39,042 bases of DNA from Escherichia phage CurroJimenez_Bas106. Where the stretch lies: sequence record PQ850599.1. One strand, 5' to 3'. A program made the position numbers and the translations under genes. The notes beneath the pieces were generated by a model. The model did no database searches. It was not told the origin of the DNA and saw nothing but the letters and a program-made list of their open reading frames with translations. Positions 11,683-21,475 of the stretch are shown here, piece by piece; the first letter of the stretch is position 1; every line of letters begins with the position of its first letter.

Positions 11683-14174
11683 TGGCTAAAGCATGGAAAG
11701 ATGTTATCGCCTCTCCACAGTATCAGGCGTTAGCACCAGAACAAAAAGCGCAGGCTCAGGAACAATACTTCAATGAAGTCGTTGCCCCGCAAGCCGGAGA
11801 AAATGCAGAGCAGGCAAAACAAGCGTTTTACTCTGCTTACCCTAGAGGTCTGCTAGAGAAGGGTAATATTGACATTCACAATCGGCCTGTTGTTAAAAAC
11901 TCTGATGGCAGCATTAGCACTGTGCGGAGCATGTCTACCAATATAGATGGTAGAGAGGTGCTGATTCCTACCGTTAGTGATGATGGTCGCATTATGTCTG
12001 ATGATGAAGCTATTGATAACTTCATGAGGACGGGAAAGCATCTTGGTATGTTCGACAATCCTGACGATGCCACTGCATATGCGGAGAGTCTGCACAACCA
12101 GCAAGCTGATGAATACCTCCCTAGGAAGAATCAAGCTACACAACAGCCTGTACAGCAAAGTACACAGGCAGCGCCTCAGCAGCAGAAAGAAGAACCATCA
12201 TTGATGCAACAAGCTGGCGATTGGCTCACAGGTGGTCAAAGTGCAGGGCAAATTGCAGAGCAGGCTGGTCGTGGTCTGGTAAACATACCATTTGACGTAT
12301 TGCAGGGTGGCGCAAGTCTGATTAATGCAATCAGCCAGGGGATTGGTGGCCCCAAGGTTTTGGATGATGTTTATCGCCCTGTCGATCGACCGACAGACCC
12401 TTACGCGCAAGCCGGTGAAACAATTGGTGGGTATCTCCTGCCAATTGGCACAGCGGCAAAAGCTGCTGGAGCGCCAGCAAAGCTCGCTGGAGATATCGGT
12501 TCCGCAGGAAACATGATTGCAGGTTCTCTTGCTGATGCTGCAAATCAGGATGGCGATTTTGCACAAAATGCCGCCATTAACGGTGGTATCAATATTGGTG
12601 CTCAGGGGATACTTTCTGGGGCTGGAAGGATCTTAACCTCTAAATCACCTCAAGTTCTTGGTGGCGGGGCAATAAATTCCGCTGCTGATGTTTCGAAAAT
12701 GGCAAAGTCTGGTACAGGAAGAGAGATTATTGCCAGACAGTCAGCTAACGTGTCAGACGAAATAGCAAAAGCAGCAGATACTGCTGGAATAGATATCAAC
12801 GCATTAACTCCTGGCATGAGATCAGGTAGTCGTGGTCTTGCTCAGGCGGAGGGGATTCTGGCGTCAAAGCCCGGAATTACACAGGATGCACACACCAAAG
12901 CATTCAGTGAAATAGAGTCGAAATTTAACTCAGCATTGGATGAGTTTGGGGCTGAAGCAGGAACTGCATCAGAAAAAAGTGCAGCCATAAAACAAAGGGT
13001 TTTGGCAAGTATTGATAAAATGAAAAATTCAGAAAAGGCCGCATGGAATAGCGTCCGCTCCACGATGCCTGACGCAAAGGCCAGAATGTCAAACCTGAAC
13101 GCTACAATTCAGGGTGATATTTTGGCTGGCATGCCGCTAACTCCTGAGATGAAACAATTCGCATCTGCTTATGCTAAAACTGGTAAAAAAGGAATCACGT
13201 TTGATGCCATGAAGGCATGGCGAAGTAAACTTGCTGACGCAGAGCAGAAGTATATAAGGTCTGGTGAGGCAAATACGGCAAGGCGCATGGCTGAGCTTCG
13301 TGATGCAGCAACGGAAGATATGCGCATAATGGCTCAAAATGGCGGTTTTCTTGATGACTGGCAAAAAGCTAATGATCTGTCAAAGGCAAGATTTACAGCA
13401 CAAGAACAGGCTGAAGCAGCGTTTGGTAGAGACCTTGCAACTGATCAGTTGGTAACTAATGGCTCTAAGGCGTTACAGGGTTCAGCAAAAAGTGGAACAG
13501 GTCAGTTCCATAAAATAATAAGCGCCCTACCTGAGTCGGAACGCGCGCCAGCAATTGCATCAATATTACAAGATGCAATGTCGCAAGGGGTACGCGGAGG
13601 TAAGTCTGAAGAGGCTGGAATTAAGCATATCGCGACTATTCTTACCCCACAAAACGTGAAGGCAATTAGTCGATATTCTCCAGAACTTGGCAGGATTACA
13701 AGTTCATACGGAGAACTTGCACGAGCAGCAACAAAGCCACTTCGATATGTTGAACAGACAGGGCGATCTATGCCAGCCATTAGCACTCTTGAGAATGGCC
13801 TTCATCCAGTTTTAGAGAGCGCATTGTCTGGCGCTTTTAGAACTACTGGCACTATCGCAGGGTTCTCTGGAGGAGGAGTTATTGGAGCAATAGCGGGTGG
13901 CGCTGCAGGTGGAGCAATTGATGCAATGGCAAAAGGAGCGATAGCGAAATTATCCGCAACTAGAAGCGGTCGTTACGCTATTGAAAAGGCTGTTCAAGAG
14001 GCAACAAAGGCCGTTAAGGTTGGGGCAAGTGATGGTGCATTAGCGGCGGCGGAACGCAGATTTATGGCAAATAAAGCCGCCGTAAAAGCAATACGCGATG
14101 CTATTGGTAGCGATGAATTCAATCGCTTGTCGAGAGCTGGTATTGTCGCCTCGTTAAGCGGTATGAATGAATAG
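11682..14174 (+). CDS. ejection protein, P22 gp16-like (enlarged, 830 aa)
   Basis: ATGA-overlapping start with gp20; Ala/Gly-rich; last virion gene before tailspike; about 220 aa longer than the 609 aa I recall for P22 gp16. Confidence 0.7.
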   Translation: MAKAWKDVIASPQYQALAPEQKAQAQEQYFNEVVAPQAGENAEQAKQAFYSAYPRGLLEKGNIDIHNRPVVKNSDGSISTVRSMSTNIDGREVLIPTVSDDGRIMSDDEAIDNFMRTGKHLGMFDNPDDATAYAESLHNQQADEYLPRKNQATQQPVQQSTQAAPQQQKEEPSLMQQAGDWLTGGQSAGQIAEQAGRGLVNIPFDVLQGGASLINAISQGIGGPKVLDDVYRPVDRPTDPYAQAGETIGGYLLPIGTAAKAAGAPAKLAGDIGSAGNMIAGSLADAANQDGDFAQNAAINGGINIGAQGILSGAGRILTSKSPQVLGGGAINSAADVSKMAKSGTGREIIARQSANVSDEIAKAADTAGIDINALTPGMRSGSRGLAQAEGILASKPGITQDAHTKAFSEIESKFNSALDEFGAEAGTASEKSAAIKQRVLASIDKMKNSEKAAWNSVRSTMPDAKARMSNLNATIQGDILAGMPLTPEMKQFASAYAKTGKKGITFDAMKAWRSKLADAEQKYIRSGEANTARRMAELRDAATEDMRIMAQNGGFLDDWQKANDLSKARFTAQEQAEAAFGRDLATDQLVTNGSKALQGSAKSGTGQFHKIISALPESERAPAIASILQDAMSQGVRGGKSEEAGIKHIATILTPQNVKAISRYSPELGRITSSYGELARAATKPLRYVEQTGRSMPAISTLENGLHPVLESALSGAFRTTGTIAGFSGGGVIGAIAGGAAGGAIDAMAKGAIAKLSATRSGRYAIEKAVQEATKAVKVGASDGALAAAERRFMANKAAVKAIRDAIGSDEFNRLSRAGIVASLSGMNE

Positions 14175-14398
14175 CTTTATCTAATGTTGCTGCTCTATAT
14201 CAAACTTTAACGCAATGCTGCGCAACTTAAGTGACTGTCAGGTTGATAACAGACACTCTTTTTTGCATGATTCCTTTAGACCATCACAATTGATGAAGAA
14301 TCATGAAAAGAAGAACTCTTCTAAAGTCTTTGCTCGGCCTGACGTCACTCTTACCAGTTAAGTTTGCAGCATCTCAAAACCTGCAAGGTAAAAGTATA

Positions 14399-16297
14399 AT
14401 GTCAGACATTACACCCAATGTTGTAGTGAGTATGCCTTCGCAACTCTTCACTATGGCTCGTTCTTTTAAAGCCGTAGCTAATGGAAAGATTTATATCGGG
14501 AAAATTGACGCTGACCCGGTAAACACTGAAAACCAGATTCAGGTTTATGTAGAGAACGAAGATGGTTCTCACGTTCCTGTTTCGCAACCAATCATCATTA
14601 ACGCTGCTGGATATCCGGTATATAACGGACAGATTGCTAAATTCGTTACCGTGCAAGGCCATTCTATGGCTGTTTATGATGCCTATGGTGCTCAGCAATT
14701 CTATTTCCCAAACGTGCTGAAGTATGACCCGGACCAGGCATTGCCAGCATTTAAGGCTGATTTGACTGGTCCTGATGGTGCTGACCTTGTTGGTTATGGA
14801 GATTCCACTGTCGAGGCAGAGTTAGACATCCTGACTACATCTAATGGGTGGTACGTAACTCCTGATCAGTTCGGCGCGAAGGGTGATGGCACTACCGATG
14901 ACACAGCGGCGATTAGTGCGGCAATTGCTGAGTGTGCTTCTACAGGGAAAACATTGCTCCTGCTTAATAAACGCTATGTGTGGAATGGGCCAACCATATC
15001 CACCGATAAAATATCCGTTATGGGCGTCCGTCGCCCAAGCCCTGACGCGACGCTATCCAAGCTGGAAAACGGCAGCATCATTGTCGGTACCATGATATTT
15101 TCCGGAACTCGTGTTCAGGTGCAAAACTTTGGTGTAGACCACGGTTCAGCCACATTCACTTCTGGTGGTGATGCGCTAGTGCTTTCCGCAACTGAAAAGA
15201 ATGGGCTGTTTGGTATCATCCGGAACTGTGTAGGTCTTGGAAGAAACTCATCTGACGCTTACCATGCAATTCTCTGTGAGGGTTACAAATACTCAACGGT
15301 GAGAGATATCATTGGCTGCCAGAACTTATATGGCTATGCACAGAAATGTAATTATTCCGTATCAAGCGGTGTTGTAGTAAAAAACAACCAAAACGGAATA
15401 ATCATCAAATCAGACAGTGTATTTGGCGATGGAAGCCAATCAATTCTTAGTGATGTTGTTATTGATGGTAATGGATTAACATCTATTGGCGTCTGGGTTT
15501 TCTCGCTGGATGCACAACTTCAAAAAGTAAACATAAGTAACGTGACCTCGTCTGGTTGCTCTTATGATATCGTAGTGCAGGCTGCTGAGAACGTCATTAA
15601 TGAAATTAATATTAATAACGTAGCTGCGAGTTCATCACGCATTGCATCAATCTGCCTGGCTGGAACTGCAGTTGATAAAATTTACACAGCCAATATCAGC
15701 AATGTTGCTATAGGTGAAGCAGCGGGAATGCTAATAGATGCCCAGACATGTAACTTCCTTAACCTGACAAACGTAACTGGACGAATAACAAACGAATCAA
15801 CGCATGCTAACGACTCAATAAACATTGGAGCATTAGTAGGAAGCTCTAACATCAGCAACGTGTTCCCTACCATCAACTACAGTCAGGATGTACTTGCTGG
15901 CATTACCTATCTTAATAACTATAAAAACAACACGCTTACCAATTATAAGGCGAACGTGTTTGGTGTTGGGGCTCCGAAACCAGGTTACGACACGCAAAAC
16001 ATTGATACCAATGTCGGAAGCGTGTACCTGAGGAGCAGTGCAACTAACTCTTCATTCCTGAGGTTAACGCCACTTAGTAACTCATCCATTACGACGCTTA
16101 ACATCACCACTCAAGCAGGTGGAGTGATAAGCCCGGGTTACACATGGTGGTTACAAAACGCATCACCATCATTCACGCTGTCTATAGTTCCATCATCAGG
16201 AGGTCACATCGTCACTTCAGGCAACTCTACCAAGGTGCTTAGCGGTGGAGACAAGATAGGATTCATGTTCGACGGAGCGACATGGATTCAGATTTGA
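14399..16297 (+). CDS. tailspike protein (P22 gp9-like head-binding domain, divergent receptor-binding beta-helix)
   Basis: From the Met at 14399 the first ~110 aa ([37 protein letters not shown]...) are near-identical to the P22 tailspike N-terminal domain; the remainder is divergent, Asn/Ser/Thr/Gly-rich. The ORF-track start at 14303 adds 32 unconserved codons. Confidence 0.9.
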   Translation: MSDITPNVVVSMPSQLFTMARSFKAVANGKIYIGKIDADPVNTENQIQVYVENEDGSHVPVSQPIIINAAGYPVYNGQIAKFVTVQGHSMAVYDAYGAQQFYFPNVLKYDPDQALPAFKADLTGPDGADLVGYGDSTVEAELDILTTSNGWYVTPDQFGAKGDGTTDDTAAISAAIAECASTGKTLLLLNKRYVWNGPTISTDKISVMGVRRPSPDATLSKLENGSIIVGTMIFSGTRVQVQNFGVDHGSATFTSGGDALVLSATEKNGLFGIIRNCVGLGRNSSDAYHAILCEGYKYSTVRDIIGCQNLYGYAQKCNYSVSSGVVVKNNQNGIIIKSDSVFGDGSQSILSDVVIDGNGLTSIGVWVFSLDAQLQKVNISNVTSSGCSYDIVVQAAENVINEININNVAASSSRIASICLAGTAVDKIYTANISNVAIGEAAGMLIDAQTCNFLNLTNVTGRITNESTHANDSINIGALVGSSNISNVFPTINYSQDVLAGITYLNNYKNNTLTNYKANVFGVGAPKPGYDTQNIDTNVGSVYLRSSATNSSFLRLTPLSNSSITTLNITTQAGGVISPGYTWWLQNASPSFTLSIVPSSGGHIVTSGNSTKVLSGGDKIGFMFDGATWIQI

Positions 16298-16536
16298 TGA
16301 TGCAGCCATGGATGGCTACATGAATGGGTGGTGCAACTGATGGTGAGTTCAGAATTAAGCGTTACCTGACATACCCATAACCGCATCTGGAAAATCTGGG
16401 TAACGGAAAGAGGGAGAGGATTCCTGACAAGAATTAGGCCTCTGAGACTTCTCGACCTGTATTTGTGGTGATCACCTACATCATCAACGATGCGCGTGCA
16501 GGTTAGTTTGATGATTTCCCAGGGATGTAGGTGGCG

Positions 16537-17694
16537 CTATGCCACTTTTTCATCAAGCCAATCTGCCCACCACTGCATCATTTCTCTGCGCTTATCAAGA
16601 TACTGAGCATGGTTGTAAATTCCACGCACAGATCCGCCGTTGGCATGTGCCAGTTGCACTTCAATAGCGTCAGCAGGCCATTCGTGCTCGTTCATAATCG
16701 TGCTGAATTCATGCCTGAATCCGTGACCGCTTTCCAGACCCTCATAGCCGATTTGTTTGATCACAAGTAGCACCGCGTTCTCGCAGATTGGCTTTTTCTT
16801 ATCGTTGCGCCCGGCAAAAACAAACTCTGATACTGGTTTGGTGATTGAGCTTAGCGTAGTGAGAAGTTCAACCACCTGGTCTGACATCGGTACTACATGA
16901 ATTTTGCGGCCCTTCATCACACTGGCGTCGATAGTGATAATCCTGTTTTCAAAATCGACGTTCTTCCATTGCATGGAACGAAGCTCTTTCGTTCTTAGGG
17001 CTGTGTAGCGTAAAACTTTGGTCGCAATGAGCGATACGATGCTTCCTGAAAATGTTGCCAGTGCTTTGTTGAATGCAGGGATCTGGTCTGCTGGAAGAAA
17101 CGGGAAGTTCTTCTTGCGGTATCCTTTCATGGCATCTGCAAGGTCAGGTGCCGGGTTATATTTAGCCCTTCCGGTGACAATAGCGTAACGAAAAACCTCG
17201 CCGCATCTTCTGCGGGCTTTGTTGGCTCGCTCCATTGCACCGCGATCTTCAAATCTGCGGATTACTTCCAGCAGTTGCATCGGCTCAATATCCTGAATCT
17301 CAAGACCGCCGATGATGGGTAAAATGTCGTCATCAAACATTTTGGCAAGTTCAGTTGCATAGCCTACTGACCAGACTTGCTTCTTGTGCTCGTACCATTC
17401 CTTGTAAATCGCACTAAATGAATTGTTGTTAGACGAAGCCTTTTTCGCCTTTACCGGATCGATGCCAACCGAGATGTCTTTCCTCGCAGTCCATGCCTTA
17501 TCCCTTGCTTCCTGCAAAGTCATAAGCGGATATTTTCCGACAGTCAGGATTTTCTCCTTACCGTCAATCTTGTAGCGAAGCTGCCATACCTTTTTCCCTG
17601 ATACAGGGACATAAAGGTACAGGCCATTACCATCGAGTAGGCGGTATGGTTTTTCTTTCGGCTTTGCTGCTTCAATCTGCTTAACGGTGAGCAT
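16537..17694 (-). CDS. int: tyrosine integrase, P4 family
   Basis: 385 aa from ATG at 17694 (MLTVKQIEAAKPKEKPYRLLDGNGLYLYV... is the typical P4-type N-terminus); C-terminus has R...HxxR...Y catalytic-domain features. An alternative GTG at 17730 adds 12 codons. Confidence 0.85.
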   Translation of the reverse strand: MLTVKQIEAAKPKEKPYRLLDGNGLYLYVPVSGKKVWQLRYKIDGKEKILTVGKYPLMTLQEARDKAWTARKDISVGIDPVKAKKASSNNNSFSAIYKEWYEHKKQVWSVGYATELAKMFDDDILPIIGGLEIQDIEPMQLLEVIRRFEDRGAMERANKARRRCGEVFRYAIVTGRAKYNPAPDLADAMKGYRKKNFPFLPADQIPAFNKALATFSGSIVSLIATKVLRYTALRTKELRSMQWKNVDFENRIITIDASVMKGRKIHVVPMSDQVVELLTTLSSITKPVSEFVFAGRNDKKKPICENAVLLVIKQIGYEGLESGHGFRHEFSTIMNEHEWPADAIEVQLAHANGGSVRGIYNHAQYLDKRREMMQWWADWLDEKVA

Positions 17695-17949
17695 GGGTAA
17701 AAATCCGGTGGGTAAAATTATTTTATCCACTTTTTACCCGTCATGGAGTGCGGCTGTCAACGATCTGACGCGAACCATGACGAACTGCGAATCTACGGAA
17801 GACTTGATATTCAGGGGATTTTGCGGACTGGTACGGATGGGAGCGAACTGATAAATGGTGTCCCCTGCAGACATCTACTTGACGCGGCAGGGGATTGATT
17901 GGAATGATGTTTTTTAGATGTGAGAAATATTTTACCCGCTATTTTACCC
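17695..17949. repeat. five copies of 8-bp motif GGGTAAAA/TTTTACCC flanking the candidate attP core (putative arm-type Int sites)
   Basis: GGGTAAAA at 17695-17702 and 17710-17717; inverted copy TTTTACCC at 17732-17739, 17930-17937 and 17942-17949. Confidence 0.45.
17856..17870 (-). other. candidate attP core: tRNA-Arg (argW-type) 3'-terminal 15 nt
   Basis: Minus strand reads CTGCAGGGGACACCA, matching the 3' end of E. coli argW as I recall it; flanked by the 7-bp inverted repeat CCCCTGC/GCAGGGG; between the int and AlpA-like genes. Confidence 0.5.
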
Positions 17950-18144
17950 ATTAGCGCGGCTTAAGAGCTTATTTTTGAATTCACAATGGTCACGATATAA
18001 CCATCGTGCTCGCCCGTGGATAACTTTGGCTTTAGGCAGGTCTCCGGACTTAATCCGGTCATAGATGAAGGTCTTACCGAAGCCAGTATCGGCCATGATG
18101 AATTTCAAATCAACCAGTGAATCAGGCTGTAGTTCGTGTTGCAT
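17944..18144 (-). CDS. AlpA-family HTH protein / putative excisionase
   Basis: 66 aa; GGAGA SD 9 nt upstream; pattern TGF..T.IY..I..G.LP.A...AR.W typical of AlpA/Xis-like winged-helix proteins; sits next to candidate attP. Confidence 0.6.
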   Translation of the reverse strand: MQHELQPDSLVDLKFIMADTGFGKTFIYDRIKSGDLPKAKVIHGRARWLYRDHCEFKNKLLSRANG

Positions 18145-18187
18145 GAGTGCTATCTCCGAATAGGGAATCGAACCTGCAAATCAGGCA

Positions 18188-18210
18188 ATAAAAAACCGCC
18201 ATCAGGCGGC
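18188..18210 (-). terminator. rho-independent terminator (minus strand)
   Basis: Minus strand GCCGCC-TGAT-GGCGG hairpin followed by TTTTTTATT; overlaps the stop of the 55-aa ORF. Confidence 0.7.
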
Positions 18211-18369
18211 TTGGTGTTCTTTCAGTTCTTCAATTCGAATATTGGTTACGTCTGCATGTGCTATCTGCGCCCACAGCATCCAGTGGTCATAGCAGTCGTT
18301 GATGTTCTCCGCTTCGATAACCCTGTTGAATGGCTCTCCATTCCATTCTCCTGTGACTCGGAAGTGCAT
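18202..18369 (-). CDS. hypothetical protein (55 aa)
   Basis: Found by manual translation (below the ORF-track threshold): ATG with GGAG 9 nt upstream; stop codon lies inside a rho-independent terminator hairpin. Confidence 0.35.
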   Translation of the reverse strand: MHFRVTGEWNGEPFNRVIEAENINDCYDHWMLWAQIAHADVTNIRIEELKEHQAA

Positions 18370-18527
18370 TTATCATCTCCATAAAACAAAACTCGCCGTA
18401 GCGAGTTCAGATAAAAGAAATCCCCGCGAGTGCGAGGATTGTTATTGTCTTTTCTTCGTGCATTTGTCGCACTTTCGGCACCATCCAGATAGGCACATCC
18501 GTCCGCAATTAACACATATAGGCCACA

Positions 18528-18809
18528 TCATTTCTCCTCTTTTGGTTTATGAATCTGAATGGTCATGCCGCTTTGAGTGGTGACTACAATGACAGAACCT
18601 GGCTGAAGACTGTTAAGATTGAACGCTTCGTAAAACGAATCCAATGCCAGTGCTTTTTTATTCTTTCGGTTCCACCAACGCCATCCCTTGCTACAGGCTT
18701 CACTGACAATCCACTGCCCACTCCTGTAAGCCATATAAAACCAGATGAGCAAAACCTGAAGGAATGCTATCCAGTCAATAATCGTATATTTCGCGAAGGA
18801 GTCCATCAC
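18528..18809 (-). CDS. hypothetical membrane protein (93 aa)
   Basis: Hydrophobic segment IIDWIAFLQVLLIWFYMAY; start overlaps upstream stop (ATGA), part of the overlapping gene chain. Confidence 0.55.
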   Translation of the reverse strand: MMDSFAKYTIIDWIAFLQVLLIWFYMAYRSGQWIVSEACSKGWRWWNRKNKKALALDSFYEAFNLNSLQPGSVIVVTTQSGMTIQIHKPKEEK

Positions 18810-19342
18810 TTCACCTCCTGCTGCGGTGCTGCTGGCATTTCACGCCAGTGCGTAACTGAGTGCGGATCCGGATATTCGGTGCCATCATCCCAGCGATTGC
18901 CATTCCACATTGCAGACCACATCTCACCGTCTTCATACATGACCATTACAGGAATTAACTTATCCGGCATTCGCTCACTACAGCTTATCCAGCCATCCGG
19001 AATTACCGGCGCTGGCTGGGCGGTATAAAGCGGTGTTATATCTGCCCGAAAATTACATGCTTTATGCAGCCGCACCCACCGTTCGACTTCTGCTTTGTCA
19101 GAATACATACCAGTGAACGTGTTATATTCACGGTCAATTTGCGTGAATGTTACCTTCCACGCCACCGGCTCTGCTTCCAGCGATGCCAGTGCAATCCGTG
19201 CCAGTTCCAGTTCCCGTTCAACCATCTCAAGAACAACTTTGCAGTCCTCACCTTCTTTGCTAGCACGTCCTTTCAAGTCTTCCAGATAACTAACGCTTTC
19301 GCGTGCATGGGAGATTAACTGTTCTTTGGTAAAAGTTGTCAT
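18806..19342 (-). CDS. DUF551-domain protein
   Basis: Start taken at the internal Met MTTFTKEQL, 1 nt after the upstream gene stop; C-terminal PDGWISCSERMPDK...NGNRWDDG...THWREMP is a DUF551-like signature; N-terminus shares ARIALASLEAEPVAW with the 19931-20293 protein. Confidence 0.65.
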   Translation of the reverse strand: MTTFTKEQLISHARESVSYLEDLKGRASKEGEDCKVVLEMVERELELARIALASLEAEPVAWKVTFTQIDREYNTFTGMYSDKAEVERWVRLHKACNFRADITPLYTAQPAPVIPDGWISCSERMPDKLIPVMVMYEDGEMWSAMWNGNRWDDGTEYPDPHSVTHWREMPAAPQQEVK

Positions 19343-19343
19343 A

Positions 19344-19562
19344 TCAGCTTTCCTTGTACGGGTTAATTTTATTGTGTAGTGCGTTGAACGACGCCCATAC
19401 CACGTCGTTATACAATTCAATAACTGGCTCAATTATTTTCCCGATTGCCCAGACAAAAATTAGCGGGGATATCGGTATCATCAACACGATAAACAGAATG
19501 AGAAACATGATTTCTATTGTCCTGCTTCTTCGCGGATATTCTTTTCTGAATAATGTAGGCAC
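19344..19562 (-). CDS. hypothetical small membrane protein (72 aa)
   Basis: Hydrophobic core MFLILFIVLMIPISPLIFVWAIG; tightly packed between neighbouring minus-strand genes. Confidence 0.45.
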   Translation of the reverse strand: MPTLFRKEYPRRSRTIEIMFLILFIVLMIPISPLIFVWAIGKIIEPVIELYNDVVWASFNALHNKINPYKES

Positions 19563-19563
19563 A

Positions 19564-19752
19564 TCACTCTCCTTTAGTGCGCAAGTGGTTTTTCCAGCGG
19601 TTTTGCGCCGCGCTGGGTTTGTTAAGAAAACACATCACGATATCAGCCGTGTTTGTGAACAATCCCATTCTGCGGTTACTGAGTTTTAACCATTGCTGGA
19701 CGCCGCGCGCGTTTCTACAGGTCAAAAGAATTTTTGCTTTACGGTTTTTCAT
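19564..19752 (-). CDS. hypothetical protein (62 aa)
   Basis: Start overlaps upstream stop by 4 nt (ATGA); basic small protein. Confidence 0.4.
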   Translation of the reverse strand: MKNRKAKILLTCRNARGVQQWLKLSNRRMGLFTNTADIVMCFLNKPSAAQNRWKNHLRTKGE

Positions 19753-19931
19753 CGTTTTGTTCTCCTGCGTTTGCGTTTCTTTGCTGCTCGTCGTGCCGCT
19801 GCAATACCGGTATGGCGGCGCTTTGGTGCCGGGATGATGTTGTCAGCCATCAGGACATGTGGCTTTGCAATTAGCGCAGGAGCCCAAAAACGAGTCGGGT
19901 ACGTTAACAAGCCGAAAAATGCCACACGCAT
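19749..19931 (-). CDS. hypothetical protein (60 aa), very basic C-terminus
   Basis: Overlapping stop/start with both neighbours; KRRHTGIAAARRAAKKRKRRRTKR tail. Confidence 0.4.
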   Translation of the reverse strand: MRVAFFGLLTYPTRFWAPALIAKPHVLMADNIIPAPKRRHTGIAAARRAAKKRKRRRTKR

Positions 19932-20293
19932 TACTCACCTCCCTTACCCTGAAGCATGGCGGCGCGATAGGCGTTCCAGCCGACAGCTTTTCCGTGTTCA
20001 AACGCGCTGTCAAAGTCATCATCAATTTCCATCGCAGCGGGCACAGATACCGGCGCTGGCGGGGAGGCGTAAAGCGGCGTTACTTCTCGCAGCGGGTCGG
20101 CATAAGCATTGCCACTATCGAAGCTGACGTTGTTTTTTGCCCCGCCTCCTGACAGCAACCACGCCACCGGCTCCGCTTCGAGCGATGCCAGTGCGATACG
20201 CGCCAGTGCAGAAGCCTCACCACATTGAACGTGGTCAGTTTCGATAATTTGCTGTAACTGCTCTTTGGTGAATTCTTTGGTGATAGTGCTCAT
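19931..20293 (-). CDS. hypothetical protein (120 aa), Ea-type
   Basis: N-terminus MSTITKEFTKEQL... and motif ARIALASLEAEPVAW are shared with the DUF551 protein, indicating modular Ea-type proteins. Confidence 0.55.
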   Translation of the reverse strand: MSTITKEFTKEQLQQIIETDHVQCGEASALARIALASLEAEPVAWLLSGGGAKNNVSFDSGNAYADPLREVTPLYASPPAPVSVPAAMEIDDDFDSAFEHGKAVGWNAYRAAMLQGKGGE

Positions 20294-20294
20294 A

Positions 20295-20834
20295 TCACTC
20301 CCCCTTCACGCCAATGCCAGCGGCGCGGTCAATACGTTCAATTTCTGCCAGAATAAGAGCGCCAGCTTTTACTAAGTCGCGGCGTGCTCCTGATTGCTTC
20401 CACCAGTCAGGAGACCACGGCCAATGTGCTGGAGTGGAGAAACCTTGGTTGTGCGCATGAATTGCGTAACAAGCCGCTGCATCTGCTAATTCGCTATTTT
20501 GATATGCGTTGTCATGTTCAGGAGTCCATCCTTCAACCGACTGTTGCCGCTGGCGTTCTGCTACCACATCAAGAATTGCGGGATTGAATGCGCCCCCCTC
20601 CAGTTCTGCTATGCGCTTCTCTGCGGCTTCCAACTCATCCAGCATCGCCAGCACGGTAGTGGGGTTTGCTGCGGAGTTCAGCGCGTTCAAGGCAGTGATA
20701 TCTGCATCAAGCTGAGTTCCTTCTGCCAGTGAGATATCGAAAATGTCATCAGGCGGCATAACACTAAGGCGCTCATGTGCGCCAACTGCTGCCGCTGCGA
20801 TTTCACGCAGCGCCTGTTTGTCGATGTTGCTCAT
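20295..20834 (-). CDS. Ead/Ea22-like protein (179 aa)
   Basis: N-terminus MSNIDKQALREIAAAA is paralogous to [15 protein letters not shown] of the next gene; start overlaps upstream stop. Confidence 0.6.
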   Translation of the reverse strand: MSNIDKQALREIAAAAVGAHERLSVMPPDDIFDISLAEGTQLDADITALNALNSAANPTTVLAMLDELEAAEKRIAELEGGAFNPAILDVVAERQRQQSVEGWTPEHDNAYQNSELADAAACYAIHAHNQGFSTPAHWPWSPDWWKQSGARRDLVKAGALILAEIERIDRAAGIGVKGE

Positions 20835-21475
20835 TGGGCGGCCTCCTTGCGAATCTGCTCCCTGAACAAGCGGGCTGAGACGATGATGTCTCTGATGCGT
20901 ACTGATTTTTCGTCGAACTGCTCACCACCGTTTTTAATATGCGCATCCAGTTCTGCACTGTGATGCCGAATGAAAGCGTTGAGGTCATGCGCACGCACTT
21001 CAGCCAGGAAAGCGTCGGTGGCTGGGGTTTTGTTATCTGACTCCAGCCACTGGTTGTAGTAATAATCGAACATGCCAGTAGGATAACCACATCCGCCGTG
21101 CACGTGGTCTTTCATAGCAGAACCACACATGCAGTAGTCATTGTCAGTATTACTAATGATGTCGATAAGTTGCTGTGTCCGTTGCTTCAACATCGCATTC
21201 TCCGCCGCCAGCGCCGCAAACTTCTCGTGTGCCAACTTAACAGCCGCATCAGCCTGCTTAATTGACTCAGTCGCTTTCTGGTGGTCTTCGGCCAGCCCTG
21301 CTAAATCAGCCTCCAGTTCGGCTAGGCGTTCATTTAATGCATCTCGTTCATCCAGTAGAGCCAGCACAACCTGAGGTGTGACTTTCATACGAAATGCCAG
21401 CAATTTTTGAGGTGTTGCTACTGTTTCAATTGCTACTGCTGCCTCACGCAGTACCTGATAGTCAATCTTGCTCAC
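20831..21475 (-). CDS. Ead/Ea22-like coiled-coil protein (214 aa)
   Basis: Long coiled-coil (ERLAELEADLAGLAEDHQKA...), Cys/His-containing C-terminal region; ATGA overlaps with both neighbours. Confidence 0.6.
   Translation of the reverse strand: MSKIDYQVLREAAVAIETVATPQKLLAFRMKVTPQVVLALLDERDALNERLAELEADLAGLAEDHQKATESIKQADAAVKLAHEKFAALAAENAMLKQRTQQLIDIISNTDNDYCMCGSAMKDHVHGGCGYPTGMFDYYYNQWLESDNKTPATDAFLAEVRAHDLNAFIRHHSAELDAHIKNGGEQFDEKSVRIRDIIVSARLFREQIRKEAAQ

Noticed and set aside
14303-14398. In-frame 32-codon upstream extension of the tailspike ORF with a signal/Tat-like N-terminus ([24 protein letters not shown])
   Set aside because: Homology to the P22 tailspike begins exactly at the Met at 14399; tailspikes are not secreted; the upstream ATG has no convincing SD. 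Most likely a chance open frame.
18261-18515. ORF-track 84-aa minus-strand ORF
   Set aside because: GTG start, low-complexity Arg/Thr-rich product, and it overlaps the two better-supported small ORFs in other frames and runs across the terminator region.
19693-20152. Plus-strand ORFs of 144 aa and 97 aa (and other plus-strand ORFs between 18136 and 26938)
   Set aside because: Antisense to the tightly packed minus-strand early-left operon; Arg/Ala/Ser-rich, no RBS or promoter; typical shadow ORFs.
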